Part shown: positions 52,280-64,000 of the stretch, in pieces
How positions within the stretch are numbered: position 1 is the first letter of the stretch
Layout of the letters: every line of letters begins with the position of its first letter
From: Octopus sinensis
Taxonomy: Eukaryota
Assembly: GCF_006345805.1 (NCBI RefSeq)
Contig: NC_042997.1
Location: 131,936,001-132,000,000, forward strand
Direction: 5' to 3'
Length of the DNA stretch: 64,000 bases
Notes under the pieces: model-generated
What the model was told of the DNA's origin: nothing
The model's input: the letters and a program-made list of their open reading frames with translations, nothing else
The model's database searches: none
Program-made: the position numbers and the translations under genes

Positions 52280-54861
52280 ATTGTATTACAATTCTAGGGA
52301 GAAAGGACTGCATGTAATGTTTAGAGTGGGACCTGGGAGAAGGAGAGAGAGACATCAAGAGGATGATAGGTGGTAGAAGAGGGACTCAGTGGAGAAAATA
52401 TGCAAATAATTGGTTCAGAAAAGCAGAGGATATTCTAGTTAAAAACAGAAGAAACATTGAGTCTACGAGTAAGTTGTGATGGATTGGTTCATTAAGTCTT
52501 TGTCAAGTAGATAAATGTCCTTCTTATTGCAATTTCGAAAATTTATGCCACCAGTAGCTGCACCATTTCCAGCAGTGTAAGCAACAACCCAATATCTGAC
52601 AAAATTAGCTAACACCAGACAAGTTTATCTCCTCAACTCCACATGGGTCCTTGTAATACACAAGCACAAAATTATCTTCAGTCTATAGTAGATTAATGAG
52701 CCCTAGCCATAGCAGGGATTGAATTATTGACTTTGAATCCCTTTGAGTTTAAACTACACAAATTATTCGTTTGTGTCATTTAACATGTTTTAGCATGATT
52801 GCCATGTGATTCAGGCTTAGACTTATTTTAACTACAATATCCTCTGCTTTTCTGAACCAATTGGTTGCAGATACAACGGATGCCATAGCCCAACATAGCT
52901 TTGGTAAACATTCAGACACATGCACACACACACAAACACATGCATGCACACACACACATGCATGCACAGATACACACACACATGCCCATGCACACACACA
53001 CACACACACAACTAGTTTCAGTTTCCGTCAACCAAATTCCCTCACAAGGTACTGGTTAGCCAGGGGGCTATAGCAGAAGAGTCTCTTGCCCAAGGTGCCA
53101 TGCAGCAGGACTGCAGCTACTGCACTGTACCCAAGATATGAAAATGTGTAAGAAATTAAACCAGTTTGAAGAAATTTAAACAAATGACATTGTGAAGATT
53201 CAACTGCTTGAGTCTTGGCTTTATAACCATAGGTCAGATCCTGGTCTGGCCATTGTGCTCTGACCCTGGCCTTGTTGAAATGTGGTGTGTGCATTAGTCT
53301 AAGATACTAAACTGACAACAAGTGCCACTCCTATTTTACAACTGTGTGATTGGAGCCAAGACAGATACCAAACAATAGAATAGTTAAATATAAAAAAAAA
53401 CAAATATAAATTCCAAGTGCATGAGGAATGCACTGAATGAAGCACAGTAGTGATGATGATGAAATATTTAGCTGCCTGGTTGATTCTATGATTTAGTAAA
53501 ATATCAAATGAAATGTTTCTGTCAACATCATCCTTTTAAACACAGAGTAATCCATCACACAACACCAACACAGGCGCCGGATGTTAGCAGATATCAGTGC
53601 TTGCGACACACGTCCTGGGGTTGGAGTCTGCCTGAGCAAGATGCTTATCTTAGTCTATCTAGCTGTAAAAATTATTATTTTCACGGTAAAAAAAAAAAAA
53701 AAAAAAAAAAAACTAGTGGCAGGAAATGCCTGCTGCAATAATTCAAAGAAATTTAGATAGACATTATAATATATTGCCACAGTAGGAGGAGGAGGAGATG
53801 CAAACCAGGAAAATTTTGGGAGAAAAATTAAAATAAATAAAAGAAACACTTATCTAAACAGATGTTATTACAACAAAAGGCACAAACATAAAATATTCTG
53901 AAAGAACAAAGGAATTATTCAGGGAAAATTTTCTTTGTCTTCTCCCCAAAACAACACATTCACACACACATGGAAGATATGAAAGGAAAAGTCAGCTCTC
54001 CAGATACGGTCCTCACAGCAGAGATAATGTAAGTTTGAGACAAATGGTGATTAGCTGTGCAGCAGATGTTCCCAACTCACCATGCCAACATAGAAGAACA
54101 AACATAAAAATATTACTGATGATTATTACTGATCATCATCATTTGAATCTATTTCTTGGTGATTTAATATATTGTTTAATTTACATAATTTTGAAATATA
54201 AAATGGTGGCACGTAAAAAGCACCAACCGATCGTGGCCGTTGCCAGCCTCACCTGGCACATAAAAAGCACCCACTACACTCACGGAGTGGTTGGCATTAG
54301 GAAGGGCATCCAGCTGTAGAAACACTGCCAGACCAGCCTGGTGCAGCCTCCAGGCTTCCCAGACCCTGGTCAAACTGTCCAACCCATGCTAGCATGGAAA
54401 ACAGACATTAAACGATGATGATGATGAAAATAGAATAGGTACAAGCATGGCTGTGTGATTAAGAAGTTTGCTTCCTGACCATATGGTTGTGGGCTCATGG
54501 CACTTTGGCCAAAGGCCAAAGCCTTGTGAGTGGATTTGGTAGACAGAAATTGAGAGAACTTAGTTAAATATATATTGTATGTATCTATGTGTATGTATGG
54601 AGTGAGTATTTGGGTGTTTGTGCCTCCTTTCTTGGCATCATATAATAGTTGTAAATGAGAGTCAGTGTTATACAAGCAGTGTGGTTCATGTTCAATATTC
54701 TGTGAAAACATGTTTGACCATAGGAAAATATCATTTTGCTTGGAAACAGGTGACTGCCGGCAACAGGAAGGGCATTTGGCCATAGAAAAGCTACCTCAAT
54801 AAGCTCCATCTGACTCATGCAAGTATGGGAAACTGCCTCTTAAAATTATGATGATCACCAT

Positions 54862-55160
54862 AATCATCATCATCATTTAACATCTGTTGTCCATACTAGC
54901 ATGGGTTGGATGGTTTGACTCCAGTCTGATTTGGCATGGTTTCTATGGCTTGATGCCTTTCCTAACACCAACCACTCCAAGAGTGTATTGGGTGTTTTTA
55001 CATGCCACTAGCACGGGTGCCAGTTGCGTGACACCAGTATCTGCCATGACTACAATTTCACTTGGCTTCATGGGTCTTCTTCTCAAGCACAGCATAATGC
55101 CAAAAGTCTTTGGTCATTTCTCATTGCCTCCGAGAGGGTCTCGGTCATTTAGCATTGCCT
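54862..55160 (-). mobile_element. RTE-LINE 3' end with ORF2 terminus and a repeated 5' junction
   Basis: EAMRND..FWHYAVLEKKTHEAK* followed by the 3' module; the gcaatg..aaatgacc unit occurs three times at the 5' junction. Confidence 0.8.
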
Positions 55161-55161
55161 C

Positions 55162-55288
55162 CAACTGAAAGCATTATACACAGAAGAACCTACATATGTC
55201 TATTTATTATGTCCATCAATCACTGAGCTTTTTTGTTGTTTTTTAGCTAAATGCATTAACTACTTTGGATAACTGAACGACAACCCTT
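55162..55288 (+). repeat. 127-bp direct repeat, copy 1
   Basis: 126/127 identical to 58439-58565. Confidence 0.95.
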
Positions 55289-55619
55289 GGTCATTTGTCA
55301 TTGAAAATACAAATGCTAAAACCCTTCTGAATGGTCTTCAATGGAGATATGTAATAAAAAAAAAAAATGAAATTCACCTCCTTGAGAAGTTACATTAGAT
55401 TAAGCCAACACTTTAAACAGAGCAGCTCTGCTAGGATAATGAAAAGTAATCTAACAGTGCTTGCGACACAGTCTACCTGAGCAAGCTGCTTATCTTAGTC
55501 TATCAAGCTGTAAAAGTGGGAATGATTTTCACAGTAAAAAAAAAAAAAAAGACTGGTGGCAGGAAATGCCTGCAATAAGGTTTCAAGTCACATCTGACTC
55601 TTTTTTTCAATTATTACAT

Positions 55620-56009
55620 ACTAGCAGTATCGCCCGGCGTTGCTTGGGTTTGTAAGGGAAATAACTATATAAGCATTTTTAGAGAGTTATAGCCAAAAAA
55701 TAGCAAAAAAATGCATTAAAAATGGGAAAAAAATGATGGTAAATTTTTTTTTAAATCGTTGACTCATCGTAGACATTTTTAGAGAGTTACTTCCCTTATA
55801 TAATAGCGAAAAAAATGCATTAAAATGGAAAAAAATGATGGTAAATTTTTTTTTAAATCGTAGACTCATGCTAATACCGAGAAGGGCTCGATATGAATCA
55901 CAACTATAAGATACCCGGTTTTGGTTAAACTGCACCGCAAAATGTGGGAGTAGTTAGGAATCTAAATCGTAGGAGACAGACACACAACCTTACTTTTATA
56001 TATAAAGAT
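55620..56009 (+). mobile_element. Helitron/Helentron-like element, same termini, third interior with a tandem duplication of about 97 bp
   Basis: t|ACTAGCagtatcgcccggcgttgcttggg ... gacagacacacaaccttacttttatatataaagat. Duplicated unit at about 55673-55770 and 55773-55868. Confidence 0.7.
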
Positions 56010-56431
56010 TTTACCTATATCCTTATTGCTTATATTTAAATCTTTAAACAATCCTCATCACCATTTAACTGCCATCTTCTATGTTGGCATAGATTGGATG
56101 CTTTGAATAGATCTGATGAATGAAAGGGCTGCATCATATTCCAATTTCTACTTTGGCATAGTTCCTATGGTTAGATTCCCTCCCTACTGCCAACCATTTT
56201 ACAAAGTGTACTGGATACTTTGTTCCATGGCAACAGTACTAGTGATGTCACAATGTAACTCACAAGATTAAGTCACCCCTCGACAGAGTGGGACTACAAT
56301 AGAGAGATGGGCAGCTTTATGCTAGGAAAGGAGAGGTTAAAGTATGATAAAAGGAGCTGGAATGGGTTTCTTGCAGTAGAAGAGATACATGGTTGCCTTA
56401 TATTATGTTTTTATTATTATTATTATTACTA

Positions 56432-56797
56432 TTATTCCTTCCACCTTAGCGAAGGTGGAGGTATTGCTTTCAGTCATGTTTGTTTGTCCATGGACAAGAT
56501 ATCTCAAGAACCACTGTATGGGTTTGGATGAAGCTTTCAGGGATGTTTGGCCTGGAGACTGACATGAACTGATTAGATTTTGGGATTGATCCAGTACTGG
56601 ACAAAGAGTCTGGATTATTTTTCCGTTTTTTTTTTACTTAATTTTTGAGAGCAGTCAGGCTCATTTTTAGTATTCTCATTTGTGAGAGCAATCGAGATTA
56701 TTTCAGATATTCTCATTTTAAAAATCATTTCCAGCTAATCATTGAGAGGACGTTGGTGTTGCCTTGGTGGAGGTCCACGCTCTCTGAGTGCTCTTGT
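56432..56797 (+). mobile_element. HINE-like element (second family)
   Basis: 5' hairpin ttccaccttagcgaaggtggag, (tttg)n, 3' gccttggtggaggtccacgctctctgagtgct. Homologous copy at 38500-38866. Confidence 0.65.
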
Positions 56798-58438
56798 TAT
56801 TATTGTTATTATTAATAAGTTAAATGAAGAGAAGTTTCTCCCCCAAGTGAAGAGATTAATGCAGTTGATGTTCAGTGTGAACATTTGTAAGTTAATGTTT
56901 ACAAGAGTATACATATCTAATTGGCTCTTTTTAGCCCTAGATCAATCCTGAGCAAGCATTCCAGCCATGACCATCCTATCATTGTAGGTATATCCAGAAA
57001 TACATTATTTAATATGTCCTTAAGACAGTAAAGATTTTACCTACTATTTCTAGTAGGTTGATTAACTACATAGAAGGTGCTCATTGATAATCTGCCTCAA
57101 TGTTACACACACACACAACTGTCTAAATTTAACCACCTAACTATTTTTTCAATAAATTTCACCATAATTAACATAAATCTCTGGTCTTTGCAAAACTCTT
57201 CAAACAATTCCAATGTTTAGGCAATGACAATGGCTCATTAGCTAACATCAAAGTTTCAATTTATTCATTAACCAAGCCAAAATTACAGACAACTGATGAT
57301 CAAAAACTAATGATTTTCCATTGGCAAGGAAAAATACCATAGCTAACAAATTTAGCTTAATATCATTTCTAGAAAACTGTTTAGAATTTCTTTCCTACTT
57401 CAACGAACAAATCTAGTCATGGTCTTTTCATACTTGTGTCTAAATGTTAACCAGTGTGATTCACTGGGTGCAACCTTCTTGGTGCAACCTGACAATGGTG
57501 ATAGCTCTATTACTGAAAAGAGACACTTAACAAAGCATGTTACTTCAATTAAACTGAAAATTTACGACAACCTAAAAATTACAGAAAACTCTTTCAATAA
57601 GTTACTCTAATTGAATGAAAAGGGTGTGGAAAAAGTGGACAGTAAGTTACTAAGCAAGCTGGGTTTGAACATAAAGACTGACATACATGATACAGTGTGT
57701 TGAAAAACACTAATTAAGTGAGATTATCCAAGCAAGTAGGAGATGAAAACTCTCTAAGTGAGGTGTTTAATATCTTAACATAACAACCAAGGATGGTAAC
57801 TCAAATATCAGCAACTTCAAATTTTAAGAAATGCATGATGATTAATGAAGGGGATCTTGTCTTCAAAGCCAACAAATAGAGCATACCTCTGAGGTATTTT
57901 CTGTCAGCCATATTAATATCCATAATGAACATTGCTACACATCTTTCTCCAAGTCTTGCTGACTGAGTAAAATGTTTTGCTGAGGAGATCCAATATGACT
58001 TAAACAAGTTCATTGCTTTCATTAGCAGCCTTTTAAAGACAAGATCTACACCGCTCATCTACACCAGCTTAATTTTTAAAAATATTAGTAGCTGATGTTA
58101 TTAGAGCAGTCTACCTTATTTTATTTTAGATTTTAAAGTACCTCTTGAAGGAATTTTTGTCTCCTAATTACATGGATAATCTCAGTTAATTGAGTTTTTT
58201 TACAACCATCGAAGCATGAAGTGCTCCTCACGACCACATGTTTATGAGATGGTTGTGATCTGTAAACAGTCTTGAGTAAGAGCCGGAAAGAAAAGTATGA
58301 ACATACAATGCACATGTGCTCACTGAATTTGTAAAATGGAAGAGAAGAATAAAAAACGTAATGTCAAACAAGTTATATGATGGCCTGCATGCCATGGCTG
58401 ACACCACTATCATACAGCTTTATTACAATTTTCTTGTT

Positions 58439-58565
58439 CAACTGAAAGTATTATACACAGAAGAACCTACATATGTCTATTTATTATGTCCATCAATCAC
58501 TGAGCTTTTTTGTTGTTTTTTAGCTAAATGCATTAACTACTTTGGATAACTGAACGACAACCCTT
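58439..58565 (+). repeat. 127-bp direct repeat, copy 2 (probable donor)
   Basis: Embedded in continuous unique sequence; differs from copy 1 only at aaagtatt versus aaagcatt. Confidence 0.95.
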
Positions 58566-58767
58566 TTCCAAAGTTTAATTTGGGTCTGTGGCACAAACAT
58601 TTAGTTCTCAGTGGCCAGGTCCACCTAGCTGTAAAGAAACAGCACTGGGCAAAAGACTTCAGTGTGGTAAACAGTGGCTGCACTCTAAAATTAACAAGGA
58701 TACAACTCATCTCTAAATTCAACTATTTTACATAAAAATGTTACCTGTGGTTGATTCTCTCTTTTAC

Positions 58768-59150
58768 TCTCTTATTTCTTTCAGTCATTTAGCTGCGGCC
58801 ATGCTGGAGCACCGCCTTTAGTCGAGCAAATCGACCCCATGACTTATTCTTTGTAAGCTAGTACTTATTCTATCAGTCTCATTTGCCGAACTGCGAAGTT
58901 ACGGAGACGTAGACACACCAGCATTGTTTGTCAAGCGATGTTGGGGGAACAAACACAAACACACACATATATATATATACATATATACGACGGGCTTCTT
59001 TCAGTTTCCGTCTACCAAATCCACTCACAAGGCTTTGGTCAGCCCGAGGCTATAGTAGAAGACACTTGCCCAAGGTGCCATGCAGTGGGACTGAACCCGG
59101 AACCATGTGGTTGGTAAGCAAGCTACTTACCACATAGCCATTCCTGTGCT
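58768..59150 (-). mobile_element. SINE family B, full length
   Basis: Well-preserved copy. Confidence 0.85.
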
Positions 59151-60379
59151 TATTGGTAACTTATCTAGAATAAGATATTATTCATCAATTTGATACTACA
59201 AAAATTGAGTGCCAGGAGAGTGGTCTCATGAAGCCTGTGAAAAGAATAATTTAATTGCTGTCAAATTAAGATACTAGACAACTGACCACAAGGTCATGGG
59301 TTGAAACATCTACAAGCATAGCACAACCATTTGGGTGTTCCCCTGAGCAAAGCATCTAAATTCTACTTGCTCTAGTTTAGCTGACTGACCAAAAACTAAA
59401 TAAAAAACAGACAAAATAAATAGTGCCATTGTTGCTGTTTAGAGCAGTGAATTATATAAACTGCAGTACCTATTTAGAGCTTGATGGAACTTGGCCAAAT
59501 AGCTAAGTACCTCTTAGAAGGTTGTCCTATACCCAAGTGACTCAAGCATCTTCTTAAGCATAGATTACATATCTCAAGATACCTTTTAACTAGAAGTTCT
59601 GTAGGGAGACATTATCCACCTAGGAATGCAAGCAATCTATACTACGACAGTAATTAGATTTAGAAACAAGATCCTGTCAATAAAAATTGGCTTTTCTTGA
59701 TTATTTTGTGAATCGCAAAGTTTAAAGTTAGTTTAACGTTACCAGGTGGTACACATTTACATAGGAAATATTTTACAGGAAAGATATTCAGTTTCTTAAT
59801 GCCTAATGTAAATACAAATAAATCTATAATACTTCCTATATCTAGTGGACAGATAGAGAAGAGCTAAGCTTAATGAAAAACCATATATAAATCCATGTAT
59901 TTTTTTTTTATAATATAGTGTATTGCAAGAAAACAACGGGGGAAAGGCAGTGTGAATAATTTAATTGCAAGTAACAATGAATTGTTTAAATTTTAAGCTG
60001 TTTCACAATAAAATGACATACACATATATACGAGTTGTACTTGTTTGGCAAGTGATAAGAGATTAGTGTGTTGAAGCAGAAAAAAATTGCATCACGGAAA
60101 GTTATAAATGACAATGAAAACAGATTCATATACCTTTATATTTACTTTTCTTTTTATCCTGTGAAGAGGAAACTATGACAATCAATACAATAATATATAT
60201 ATGATTACCATGAGATATAGCAAAAACAGGAAATATAATGCTGTGTGTATGTAGTTCAAAACATGCATTCATGATGCAACAATTATATAATTGCTTTACA
60301 GTAATCCCAACTACCATGGGTTTTATGTTCAGAAACCCCTCATGATAAGTGAAAATCTACAAAGTAGAAACAGTATTGT

Positions 60380-60775
60380 ACTCTTTTACTCTTTTTACTT
60401 GTTTCAGTCATTTGGTCGCAGTTATGCGGGAGCACTGCCTTCAGTCGAGCAAATCGACCCCAGGACTTATTCTTTGTAAGCCTAGTACTTATTCAATTGG
60501 TGTCTTTTGCTAAACCGCTAGTTACAGGGACGTAAACACACCAGCATCGGTTGTCAAGCGATGTTGGGGGGACCAACAGAGACACACAAACACATATATA
60601 TATATACATATGATGGGCTTCTTTCAGTTTCTGTCGACCAAATCCACTCACAAGGCTTTGGTCAGCCCGAGGCTATAGTAGAAGACACTTGCCCAAGATG
60701 CCATGCAGTGGGACTGAACCCAGAACCATGTGGTTGGTAAGCAAGTTACTTACCACACAGCCACTCCTGCGCCTA
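60380..60775 (-). mobile_element. SINE family B, full length
   Basis: Well-preserved copy. Confidence 0.85.
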
Positions 60776-62094
60776 TGTAGAAGTTTTATGTCATACAACG
60801 GTTATCCATAAACCATAAGGCTTTCTCTTAAATGGGAACTCTAATAGAAGTAATACCAGTTCAGACATAAGGACAGTATATTGTAGCATATTAGTGGTAT
60901 TTTTTTCTTTTCTATTTGTTTTTAATGAATGAAAAGCAAAGCTGACTTGAGTAGGGCTCGAACTCAGAACCATAAGCCAATAACCATGACCTACGCTTAT
61001 ATGATTACTAAAGTACAGCCTCAGTTTGGATTGGGAACTACTTGAAATAACTATGAGATAACATGATATAAAATAAGGCTTGGTCTATTATCTACAGATG
61101 TTTACAGCAAATGTCAAGGGTCTCTTGTAGCTGAAGTCTTATGATTAACATGCATATTTAGCAAATTTAACTATTCAACTTCCTAACGAAATGTTTGAAG
61201 GAAAATTATTCTAATCTGATGGCAAGATTTATTCAGTGATAAAGTGTTTAGAAAAGATCATTCATATTTAAGTATCATGGAGCTGAAAACAAATGTTAGC
61301 AATATCTTTGACATGTGTTAAGGATGTATGAAGCCAGAATCCCACTTCAGAAATAGCATGGATATTATCAACAAACGAATGGAAACCATAGGAGATCTTA
61401 ACATAACAACTGCCAATGAAATTAACAAAGGAGATCTTAAGAAAATGAAGAGTTAGCAATTATATAAAATGAATAACGAAGGAGTAGGCAGTATAATAGA
61501 TCCTACTCTCTGCTTTAGGTATGTAAAAGTAGAGAGAAGTCTGAAATCTTTTCTCTTTAATTAGTTTCAGTTATTGGACAGCGGCCATGCTGGGGCACCT
61601 CCTTGAAGGGTTTTAGTTGAACAAATCGAACCTAGTACTTATATTTTTTCAAGTTTGGTGCTTATTCTATCAGTCCGTTTGCCAAACCATTAAGTTATAG
61701 GGACATAAACAAACCAGTACCAACTGTCAGAGACACACACTCATGGGCTTCCACACAATTTTCATCAATCAAATTCACTCATAAAGCACTGGTCAGCCCA
61801 GGGCTATTGTAGAAGACATTTGCCTTAAGTTCTATACTGTGGGACTGAACCCAAAACCACATGGTTGCAACGTAAGCTTCTCAACCACACAGCCATGCTT
61901 GCAATTAATCATAACAGTTATATTGGAGTGTACCAGATGAAATGTTTTTTAAAAGAAAAATTAAACATGTAAAAGGGATTAGACAAATAAATTTCATGAA
62001 AATTTACTCCATTATGTCTAACTGCTTTTGCCAATGTGATGTTAAATTAGATATTCTTAATGAAAACAACTCTTCCCCCTTTGTAACCAATGTA

Positions 62095-62488
62095 CTTCTT
62101 TTTTATTTGCTTCAGTCATTTGACTGTAGCCATGCTGGAGCACCGCCTTTAGTCAAGCAAATTGACCCCAGGACTTATTCTTTGTAAGCCTAGTACTTAT
62201 TCTATCAGTTTCACTTGCCAAACTGCTAAGTTACGGGGACGTAAAAACACACCAACATCGGTTGTCAAGCAATGTTGGGGGGACAAACACAGACACACAA
62301 ACATATACATACACACACAAACACACACGATTGGCTTCTTTCAGTTTCCGTCTACCAAATCCACTCACAAGGCTTTGGTTGGCCTGAGGCTATAGTAGAA
62401 GACACTTGCCCAAGGTGCCACGCAGTGGGACTTGAACTTGAAACCATGTGGTTGGTAAGCAAGCTTACCACACAGCCACTCCTGCACT
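62095..62488 (-). mobile_element. SINE family B, full length, adjoining the 3' end of the mariner relic
   Basis: Well-preserved copy. Confidence 0.85.
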
Positions 62489-62529
62489 TATACTGTTCAA
62501 CTTCTTCATTACAGTGTATTGATCTAACG

Positions 62530-63830
62530 ATATTTTATTATATATAAACAGTTTTTCAAATGTTTGAAAAAGTTATGATTTACAAAGAGATTTTAGGTGA
62601 ATAAGACGAGTGCAGGAAAATTTCATAATGTGGCTCTGTTAATTTTATAAAAGTGATTTGAAAAGTGTGCAGTTGAATATTGTCAAACAGTAGAATTGAT
62701 CTGTCTCTATTAGCCAGTCTTGGCTGTTTTGATTTCAGTTTTCCATTCACGTGGTCGATTTCATGGCAATGTGAGCTTGCAGCAATTGATTTCCTTTGTT
62801 GCAAAATAGGAATATTGAACTAAACCTATTACAAACCATTATTCAGCCACTAATAACCATTTTGGGATGTAACAGTTGCTTTGGAAAATGTTTTAGAGAC
62901 TCGTCTGCATCTAACAATTGTCTATTCCATTTTTCATCATAAGTAATGACATAATGTCAGACAGGCTTCTTTTTTACAGTGAATTAGCAGCATTAAACAC
63001 ACTTCTAGACGTTGCAGAATCTGATGTTCCATCAATCCATATACTGTTGTGATCCCCTTTGGTCATGAATGACCATAGGATTGCACCTAGAAAGTTACCC
63101 TCCCAGACACAAGTCTGGGCAAGGTTGTTTATGGAAGACCAGCAGTCGCCCACGCATACCAGGCTCCCCTCTCCATGCCACCGATGTTATCCAAGGGAAA
63201 GGGAAAGGCCCTGATACAGCTTGGCACCAGTGACGTCACGGCTCATACGCTCCACAGACACATGTACCCTTAACGTAGTTCTCGGGGAGATTCAGCGTGA
63301 CACAGAGTGTGACAAGGCTGGCCCTTTGAAATACATGTACAATAGAAACAGGAAGAAAGAGTGAGAGAAAGTTGTGGTGAAAGGGTACAGCAGGGTTCAC
63401 AACCAACCCGATACGTTCCGAGTTCATCAATCCATATGAAACCCCTTTATTCAACTTCCTGTTTCTGGTTTCCAGACGTCGCAATATCTGATGTTGTATC
63501 AATCCATATGAAACTTAATTATCCAACATCATGTTCCTGATGTCGAGCAAATGGCAGGAAGCTAACAAAAGAAAATACAGCTAAGTCTGTTTCAAATTTA
63601 CAAACCAGTTTGAGAGTTTCTTTTTACCAGCTTTCATAACTGGTTTCCATTTATAACGAATTTTGGTTTCCTGTCATGGCTTACTTTAAAGGTGTTCATT
63701 CTATGAGTGAAATTTCTTAAACTATCACTGTACTATTCATTGTTTAACACAGCTCATTCCAAATAGTTTCAGTTGCATAATATGATATAATTTGAACTCA
63801 TAAAAAAGGAAAGCAGGCTTCTTCAACAGT
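62530..63830 (-). mobile_element. Decayed mariner transposon (Hsmar1/cecropia-like transposase), interrupted by a SINE at about 63051-63410
   Basis: Broken frames give FLFYEFKL, FKKFH, KLNKGVSYGL (WVPHEL equivalent), VITYDEKW, KHFPKQLLHPK, EIDHVNGKLKSKQPRLANRDRSILLFDN, FLHSSYSPKIS and FFKHL, in mariner order, with many stops and frameshifts. Confidence 0.9.
63051..63410 (-). mobile_element. 5'-truncated copy of the same E/D chimeric SINE, inside the mariner relic
   Basis: D tail (63051-63243) is joined to the ctccacagacac module and E body at nearly the same junction as in the 11.2-kb copy. Confidence 0.82.
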
Positions 63831-64000
63831 CACCATATTATTTGAAAGGCACAAAATCATTGCTTACAAGACAAACACCACCTGGAAAGTGAAACTAGCC
63901 AAGTGTTTACAAATTTGGATTTACCCATTAGCTGCTTTCACTAACATCCATAATCATAACTTAGAAATGTTTTATATTGAAAAATGACTTTTCGTGTGGT

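Noticed and set aside
679-56270. Strand bias of RTE 3' modules relative to CERK
   Set aside because: A hand count gave about 22 minus versus 16 plus copies, too close to even to claim bias.
57885-58058. ORF MSGVDLVFK...DRKYLR with a phase-1 donor-like AG|gtatgc as candidate CERK first exon
   Set aside because: The phase fits the 50246 acceptor, but the peptide shows no resemblance to a CERK PH N-terminus; transcript evidence would be needed.

Overview
AT-rich, repeat-dense eukaryotic genomic DNA. The repeat families resemble those of octopod cephalopods (Octopus); this taxonomic call is inferred from repeat recognition, not from a database hit. The one supportable host gene is a partial ceramide kinase (CERK) on the minus strand. 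It has six GT-AG coding exons (267, 129, 64, 146, 75 and 153 nt; 834 nt, 278 codons) that splice in frame and cover most of the PH domain plus the N-terminal part of the DAGK-type catalytic domain (GGDG motif). The first exon and the 3' exons were not found in the window. The rest is intron, including one of about 30.8 kb, filled with mobile DNA: several tRNA-derived SINE families that swap heads and tails, about 35 short copies of an RTE-LINE 3' module ending in (GAT)n, RTE ORF2 C-terminal relics (one with three C2H2 fingers), two decayed mariner transposons, piggyBac-, hAT- and Tc2-type MITEs, Helentron/HINE-like elements and three long fold-back hairpins. No new multi-gene system is evident. 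The most notable observations concern retroelement mechanics: a chimeric SINE proven mobile as one unit by a 15-bp TSD, a shared 3' module joined to at least four different 5' sequences, a 127-bp near-perfect templated insertion copied from 3.3 kb away, and inverted target copies at SINE 5' junctions. Repeat boundaries were read by eye and are approximate; exon boundaries were checked base by base.
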